Positions 57,880 through 64,000 of a DNA stretch of 64,000 nt are shown piece after piece. The DNA lies in assembly GCF_018350175.1 (NCBI RefSeq), contig NC_058382.1:3038001-3102000 (forward strand), read 5' to 3'. Origin of the DNA: Felis catus (lineage: Eukaryota). Within the stretch, counting starts at the first letter, position 1. Every line of letters starts with the position of its first letter. Both the position numbers and the translations under genes were made by a program. The notes beneath the pieces are model-generated. The model ran no database searches. It was given only the letters and a program-made list of their open reading frames with translations, and was not told where the DNA came from.

Positions 57880-58495
57880 GCTGATGATGACATCATTTCC
57901 CAGGATTCCCTATGACCTACGGTGTCCATCTCCCAGGATCTACCACAACCATTGTATCATCTCCTAGGACCCATCATGACACATTATGTCATTACCTTCC
58001 AGAATCCTCAATGGCTGATGGTAGCATCCTCTACCAGGATCCACTAGCACCGATGATGCCACCATTTCCCATAGTCCCTGATAACTGTGGTGTCATCACT
58101 TCCTAGGACCCATGAAAGCCAATGCTATCATCACCTCCCAGGATCCACTTCAACCATGATGTCATCACCTCCCAGGACCCATTTCAACCATGGGGTTATC
58201 ACCTCCCAGGATCCATGAGAGCTAATGGAGTCATCACCCCCCAGGATCCATTTCAACCGTGATGTCATTACCTCCCCGGACCGACTCCCACCATGGTGTC
58301 ATCACCTCCCAGGATCCATGAGAGCTAATGGGGTCATGACCCCCCAGGATCCACTCCCACCATGGTGTCATCACCTCCCAGGACCCACCATGACCATAGC
58401 ATCATCATCTCCTAGGATCCATGACACCCAAATATGTCATCATTTACTAGGATCCACTTCAACCATGTATCATCATCTTCCAGGATCCATCATCT
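57880..58495 (+). repeat. ~34-nt tandem array B in the SHISA7 3'UTR (~17-18 units)
   Basis: Consensus ATGRTGTCATCACCTCCCAGGAYCCAYTTCAACC, e.g. 58156-58189. Confidence 0.88.
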
Positions 58496-60152
58496 TGAGG
58501 GCCAAGTACTACAATGGCTGCATTTCAGTTGTTTTCTGGGGTCCCATGGCACCTATAATCGTTCCCGTAAGGGGAACTAGCACAACAACACACCATTTTC
58601 CTATTCCCTCAAAAACGGAATAAGGTGAGGACCCCTCTGATGACATCATCCTTAGTCTGCCCCTTTTTAATGATGTCACTGCCTCTCCCCTGACTTAAGC
58701 TGATGCCTGCATCAACCCCACCACAGACCTGGTCTTGGCCAGACCCCATCACCCCCCTGGTGAGGGCATCCAGGCCCCTCCTGATAACTCACAGCCCTTC
58801 ACCCAACCATCTCATCGGTGACAGGGTCAACACAGATACCTTTTATCATCACCAGGGAGTGTGTATGTGTGGGGGGCTTTACAGGTCTCAGGTGATATCA
58901 CTGCCCCTGTTACCTGGACCCCTATCCAAAACAGCACTCCATTGGCTTGGGCCAGACTTGACCCCATGGGCTGGGTGGGCAGCTGTGGCCTCTCTGGGGC
59001 CTTCCATCATGTCTTCTGCTGGCCTGATCGTGGAGCAGGCCCATCTTGAGGGCCACAGCCACTGCCAGTGCCATGGTGGGGTGGTGATCTGCATCATCTC
59101 AAGACGACGGAGAGGTAGTGTTCTCCCCCTCCCTCCCCCTCACACACCAGGGAGCCTCCAGGGGTTTTGGGGATTCCTCAACACCCAATGCACAATCTGC
59201 CCCAATTCCCTTTGTATATAGCCATGTTGCTGGGGGGCGGCCATTCCCCCACTTTTAAAGGGCTACATACCCCCTCCCCAGCCCCCAAGGCAAGGCGAGG
59301 GGGCCTCTTCTCCCTTCTCTGGGCCGTCCCTCTCCCTCTTGTCTCCCCCCCCCCCCCCCCCAGTACTGGCACCTCAGCTCATCCCTTCCCGTCAGGAGCC
59401 TGGGGCAGAGAACTGGCCCTCAGCTCCCACCACACCGGGGGAACTGGGGAGCCAACCCCATCTACCTGGGCCCCAGTGCCAGTTTTTTGACTTCATGCTT
59501 ATGGCTGCTCCTCTGGGTTCCTCCAATCCCTCCTAGGGCCTCGCCGCGCCCAGTGCCCCTCAGGCAGACTGTGACTTCCCAAGAAAGGAGCCAGCTTGGG
59601 CACCTGCCCCCCTTGCAGACCCTCTGCTCACCTTCCCCACTGAGCACTCAGCTTTCTCCAGCCCCCAGAATTTGGGGGTTTGGGATCTTTCAGCTTTTGT
59701 ACACGCCCCCACACACCTCAACTTGCTCTCTCCTGGCCTGGATTCCAGGAATCTCATTCCCCCTTCCCCGCACTCACTCTGCCACAGGCCGCCTGACCTC
59801 GGGGCCTTGACCTCTTATCTCAAATAAGCCATAGTGGGGAGAGGTCTCAAGGGGGTGAGGAAGCAGCCCTGTCCTGCCCGGTCACCCTCGATGCTTCCGG
59901 AGCCGGGACCTCACCATCTGAGTCTTCCGCCCCTGATAAATGCGCATGCGCGCACACTCACACATTTCCCCCACCCCCCACTTCTGGTGGAGGGGGCAAG
60001 GGGAGGGGTGCAGAGAGAAGACAAACAATTCTGGACCAGACAGTGCTGGACACCTTTTTATCCCTGCCCCTCCCGGGCTCTACACCAGACCCCCCCTCCC
60101 CCCCAGTTCCTTGGTGAGGACAGCGGTGGAGTGGTAACTTGGTATTTTTTGG

Positions 60153-60158
60153 AATAAA
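60153..60158 (+). terminator. SHISA7: Probable SHISA7 polyadenylation signal (~3.9-kb 3'UTR)
   Basis: First clear AATAAA I found after the stop; interspersed repeats resume at ~60470. Confidence 0.65.
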
Positions 60159-60469
60159 CAGATGTTTCCTGAGCCCCAGTCTCAAGGTTTACTGTCGAGA
60201 AGAAATGGGTTTCCACCTCTGCGTGTGTGTCACTGGCCGAGGCGGGGGTGGGCATCTAAGAGTCCATACCGGTGGTCAGGGCTGCCCCCCCCCCCCCCCC
60301 CCCCGTCTGTCACCAAGCAAGGAGCTGGGTGTGGGAGGGACCGGTACAGCACCTTGAAAAGTCCTCGGTTTCTTCCAAAGAAAGCCTCTTCCCTCTGTGC
60401 ATTTAAGCATGTGTTTGCACCTCCTTCTACCTGAGGCCTTTGGCTGAGTCTGGCCGAAGCGGGGTGCTC

Positions 60470-61628
60470 TGTGCTGTTGGTTTGCTGGGGCCGCTGAACC
60501 GAGCAGCTCACGCAACAGAAATGTGCCACCTCCTGGTTCTGCAGGCTGCAGGTCTGCGAGCAAAGGGTCTCCGTGTTGGTTCCTTCTGAGGCAGAGCACA
60601 ACTGGTGCTGTGCCGCTCTCCTAGCTTTTGGTGGCTTGCTGGCAACAGCTGGCACTCTACACACACATCACCTTCCCTCTGTACTTTTCTATCTCTGGGT
60701 ACAAACTTCCCCATTTTCTAAGGACAACCAGTCATGTTGGAGTAGGGCCCATCCTCAGTGACTTCTAAACCCGATCATCTGTAAAGACCCTACTCCCAAA
60801 AGAGGTCACCTTCACTGGTCCTGGAGATTAGGAAGGACTTCAATGTCTCTATTCTGGGGGGAGGGGGAGACACAATTCAAGCCATAACAGGGGGTGTTAC
60901 ATGGCACGGTTCATTCAATGACCAGTTTTTGTGATAACAAGGAAGGATTTTTCCCCCAGTGCATTAAAATATTTGCATAATGAGGACGAGAGCTGACAGT
61001 AAGCCACACTGGGGAGAGTAGGTGCCTCCAAGGCTTTAGGAACTTTAGGACACCTGTCCCCTAGGGCACCAAAGTGTTTGTTCATGAATCGTGGACTTCC
61101 ATCTTACAATGAAGGGCTCATTTGCACATCCCTCTGGGGGTGGATTGTGTGTGCAGTTCATTCCAGTATTGATTTTATCTCGAAGATTAACCCCTTCCTG
61201 GGAAGCCTAATTTCATCTCGAAGATAACACACTTCCTGGGAAGTGTGTGACACGTGATCTCGGGGTTGTGAGTTTGAGCCCCATGTTGGGTGCAGAGATT
61301 ACTTAAAAATAAAATCCTTTATTAAAAAGGAAAAGAAAATCCCTTCCTCTCTGGTGCATTTGTTTCCCAAATTTTAACATTTATTTATTTTTTGAGAGAC
61401 TGTAAGCGAGGGAGGGGCAGACAGAGAGGGAGACACAGAATCCGAAGCAGGCTGCAGGCTCTGAGATGTCAGCACAGAGCCTGACATGGGGCCCAAACTC
61501 ACAAACCAGGAGATCATGACCTGAGCCGAAGTCAGACACTTAAACAACTGAGCCACCCAGGAGCCCGTTTCCCAAATTTTAGATTTTACTTGATTAGTCA
61601 GGGTTCTCCAGAAAACGGGAGCCAATAA

Positions 61629-61682
<54 letters not shown>

Positions 61683-61998
61683 TCATTTTAAGGAACTGCT
61701 TCCTGTGATTGTGGGGTTGGCAAATCCAAAGTCTGTGAGGCAGGTCAAAGGCTGGAAATTCAGGCAGGCTTTCCATATTACAGCCTTGACACAAAATTCT
61801 TCTTCTCTGACATACTTTATCTTTGGTCTTATGGCCTTCAACTGATTGGGTGAGGCTTACCCGTATGATCTTGAAGTCAACGGATAGTAGACATTAATCA
61901 CATCTACAAAATACCTCACAGCAACATCTGGACTGGGGTTTGACCCAACAAATGGGAATGGTAGGCTGGCAAAGTGGACATGAAATCTAACCATTGCA
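60470..61998 (-). mobile_element. MLT1-like LTR (~60470-60889), CAN-SINEs, and MLT2-like LTR (~61590-61998) with (TG)n
   Basis: ACACAATTCAAGCCATAACA end; ATTAGTCAGGGTTCTCCAGA start; recognised by eye. Confidence 0.6.
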
Positions 61999-64000
61999 CT
62001 GTCCTTGTGGGGAAGTGGTCACTCCTAGCTTGCTGGAGGGACAGTGTGATCTGCTTTGGAGAAAGCCTCATCCCCTTCCGTGTGGTCAACTGTTCAGCAC
62101 TGGCCAGAGCTCACCTAGTCAGGTTTATTTGTTTGGCTGTAGATTAGTGGGGCAGGAGGGACACGTGCAGTGCACTCGAATCTTGGTGTTATGCTCCCTT
62201 GTTAAATGTGTCACCTGGTGAGCACAAGGGTTGTCTGCATATTTTTAGAAATCACCTCTTCTCATTGGCGTCTTTGTCTGCAGATAACTGGAGGGGGTGG
62301 GGGAGAGGTGACCATGCAGCGAATCTAAGTATGGGTTCCCTGAACACACAACAATTCTCCTCGTAGGGACACAGAAGGACAGTACTCCCCTGTCCCCTTG
62401 AGATCAGATGTTCCCACGTGATGTGCTTGAAGTAGGAACAGAGGTAGACAGAAGCTTCTGAGAGCCCATGTGCAGACAGATCCCCACACTCTTCCTTTCC
62501 CCACTGGCAATGTTTCAGGTGATGCCTACTCTGTGGGCCTGCATCCAAGACAGATCAGCCAGGGCCCCAAATAGGGACTTCAGCCAAGCCTCGATGGACA
62601 TGCGGTGTGAGTGGGAAATAAACCCTGTTCCTTTAACAATGGGGGTTTGGGGGCTACTTGTTACTGCAGCACAGTGTAGTCCATTCTGGCTGTTACAGGT
62701 TGCCTGTGGCAGGGGAGGTGGGGGAAGGGTGCCTAGAGGCTTTTCGACATACACTCTTTTGTGCTTCTGAATTTTTGTGTCAGTGGGGAGCCCGAGGCAG
62801 GGCTCGAACTCAGAAACTGTGAGATCACGACCGGAGCTGAAATCGAGCCGGACGCGCGACCGACGGAGCCAGCCGGGCGCCCCTAAAATCAAATATAAAC
62901 TTAAATGTAAACGGTGCCAGTTTTGACTGGCATCCCCTCGCTGAGCGTGTGCCCAGGAGGGACTGCAAGATGGGAGGTCCCAGTCTCACTCCTCGGCCCT
63001 GCAGAGTGACCACACTGAGTTGCAAGGCCAGGGCTTAAAGGCACGTACTTTTCATTGGACATGGCCTCCATGTGCCAGTCCAGTCGCCTTCTTCACTTGT
63101 GTTCCACCCAGAAAAGAACAATCTGATCCACACACACCGTGCTTTGGATGGGCAAGTCAAGGCTATGGTCTGACGTGAGCATTTCTGCCTTCGTAGCCTA
63201 ACACTTGCTCAGTCTGCAACTCCGCTGTGTCAATAAATACAGCTCCCACAAGACTATTCTTAACCCGTTTGACAGGGAGGGCCTGCGAGCTCCTGAAATC
63301 TACACCAGACGCTGTGTCCATGTGCCTTCCCCTCTGCCGCCTTTAACTTCGGGTTTTGAAATAATTTCAAACTTGCTCAACAGCTACCAGAATAAGTCAG
63401 AGAACACCTGTACACCCTTCGCCAATTCACCAGTTGTTAATGTTGCAACACACTGCTTCGGGATTCTCTTTCCATATAAACACCTTTTTTTCTTCTCCAG
63501 AGGTACGTGAGGGTGAGTTGCGCACGTCATACCCTTTTGTCGCGAAGGGGCATTTCTGGAGAACAAGGACGTTCTCTTCCACATCCACAGCACAGGGACC
63601 GAAACCAAGCACTTCACGCTGATGAAGCCCATGTTCCGGTTTCACCGACTGTCCCAACCCTGCTTTGGAGCAATTTCTTTTCAGTCCCTGCTGTCTGGGG
63701 ACGAGCTATTGCACGTGATTGTCATGTCTCTTGAGGCTCCTCTAGTTTGATCAGTCCCTCTGTCTTTTTCACGCCATTGATGCTTTTCAGGAGTCCAGGA
63801 CGGCTCTTTTGCAGGATGTCCCTGCACCCGGTCCGAGGTCTCCTCATGAACAGGTCCAGGCCGTGCACGTCCGGCAGGAGATTCAGCAGTGACACCGACC
63901 TCTTGGCACATCACCATGGGGACAGCCTGTGCTGGCCACCAGCTGGGACTGCTGCTGTTAGCTTGGACCACTTGGCCGGGGCACCGAGGAGGGGCTGTGC

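Noticed and set aside
57881-57895. Box C-like TGATGA suggesting a snoRNA
   Set aside because: By-product of the repeat core; not intronic, no convincing box D or terminal stem
56430-58495. CRISPR-like repeat/spacer look of the 3'UTR arrays
   Set aside because: Mammalian locus, degenerate cores, spacers related to each other, no cas genes

Overview
GC-rich mammalian genomic DNA, not prokaryotic. The abundant feline-type CAN-SINEs point to a felid, and the window is syntenic with human 19q13.42 in reverse orientation. Minus strand: the 5' part of SSC5D (exons 1-8, three SRCR domains, gene continues off the left edge), NAT14 and ZNF628. Plus strand: C19orf85, ISOC2 and SHISA7 with a ~3.9-kb 3'UTR. 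I traced exon boundaries by hand from GT-AG sites and reading-frame continuity. Gene names rest on my recall of the human/mouse proteins, not a database search. N-gaps fall in repeated segments and look like masked positions of a reference-guided consensus. Best leads: (1) two related ~33-34-nt tandem arrays in the SHISA7 3'UTR built on a self-complementary, CpG-decayed TGA(C/T)(G/A)TCATCAC core and dense in YCAY (NOVA-type) motifs; (2) the N-terminus of uncharacterised C19orf85 looks like a FAM181-type domain, and the gene has a homeobox-motif cluster upstream; (3) a 66-nt SHISA7 cassette exon and a probable distal non-coding first exon; (4) a splice-junction uORF whose stop overlaps the ZNF628 start; (5) an MSR1-like 36-38-bp minisatellite in a carnivore; (6) three retrotransposon insertions stacked at one target site.
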